Positions 63,470-64,000 of a stretch of DNA of 64,000 bases are shown here, piece by piece. The stretch's first letter is position 1. Each line of letters begins with the position of its first letter. This stretch comes from Torpedo marmorata. Taxonomy: Eukaryota. The notes under the pieces are model-generated. The model did no database searches and was not told where the DNA came from. It worked only from the letters and a program-made list of their open reading frames with translations. Location of the stretch: NCBI GenBank assembly GCA_977017645.1, contig OZ360225.1, forward strand, positions 204,042,001 to 204,106,000, given 5' to 3'. Both the position numbers and the translations under genes were made by a program.

Positions 63470-64000
63470 TAAAAACACACCGAAATGCTGGAGGAACTCA
63501 GCCGGTCTTTCACCGTCCATATAAAGCAAAGACATATTGCCGACGTTTCGGGCCTGAGCCCTTCTTCAAGGTATAAGCAGAATGAGCCAGAAGCAGGAAA
63601 TCTCAGAAAATCACAGAATTCAGACAATGCCGACTGGGGGAGGAATCCAGACCAACAAAAAGTGTTAATTGGATATGATGAGGTGAGAATTTATCATGTC
63701 TGTGCGACAGGAGACAGGGAAGGGAGAGACAGAGCTGGGGAAAGGCGATGGGGGAACAAGTGGCGAGGGGGGGTGGTTTAACGAAAGCCAGAGAAGGCAA
63801 TATTAATGCCATCTGGTTGGAGGGTGCCCAGTCGGAAGATGAGGTGTTGTTCCTCCAATTTGCGGGTGGTCTCAGTCTGGCAGTGCATGAGACCATAGAC
63901 AGACATATCAGCAAGGGAATGGGATGGGGAATTGAAACCCATTTCAATTTCGGTGTGTTTTTACCACAATCACAGCGTCTGCAGACTTTTATGTTTCACT
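63470..64000. mobile_element. Penelope-like fragment (minus arm with hammerhead motif, then short plus arm)
   Basis: Minus strand ccttgaagaagggctcaggcccgaaacgtcg at 63541-63571; GIY-YIG C-terminus at 63780-63940. Confidence 0.78.

Overview
This is eukaryotic, vertebrate DNA, most likely from a cartilaginous fish (inferred from HE1/V-SINE-like SINEs with CR1 tails, abundant CR1 and Rex1/Babar LINEs, and Penelope-like elements). I could not support any host protein-coding gene. Nearly all long ORFs are intact or decayed transposable-element genes, often nested several layers deep. The window holds: a young full-length Gypsy provirus (4232-8796); two CsRn1-type Gypsy copies; solo LTRs; an apparently full-length CR1 with an esterase ORF1; L1 and Tx1 fragments; a POGK-like pogo transposon; pogo/Tigger and hAT MITEs; a Chapaev3-like remnant; Penelope-like elements (PLEs); a non-coding LINE-tailed repeat family; and a 43-bp minisatellite. 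Three observations stand out. (1) The Mag-like Gypsy has no tRNA primer-binding site; in its place is a perfect 16-nt complement to its own LTR, in the geometry expected for self-priming. (2) About nine dispersed minimal hammerhead ribozyme motifs sit in PLE tails. (3) PLE insertions repeatedly show a head-to-head inverted architecture. Family assignments come from motif recognition by eye, not database searches, and novelty is unverified.
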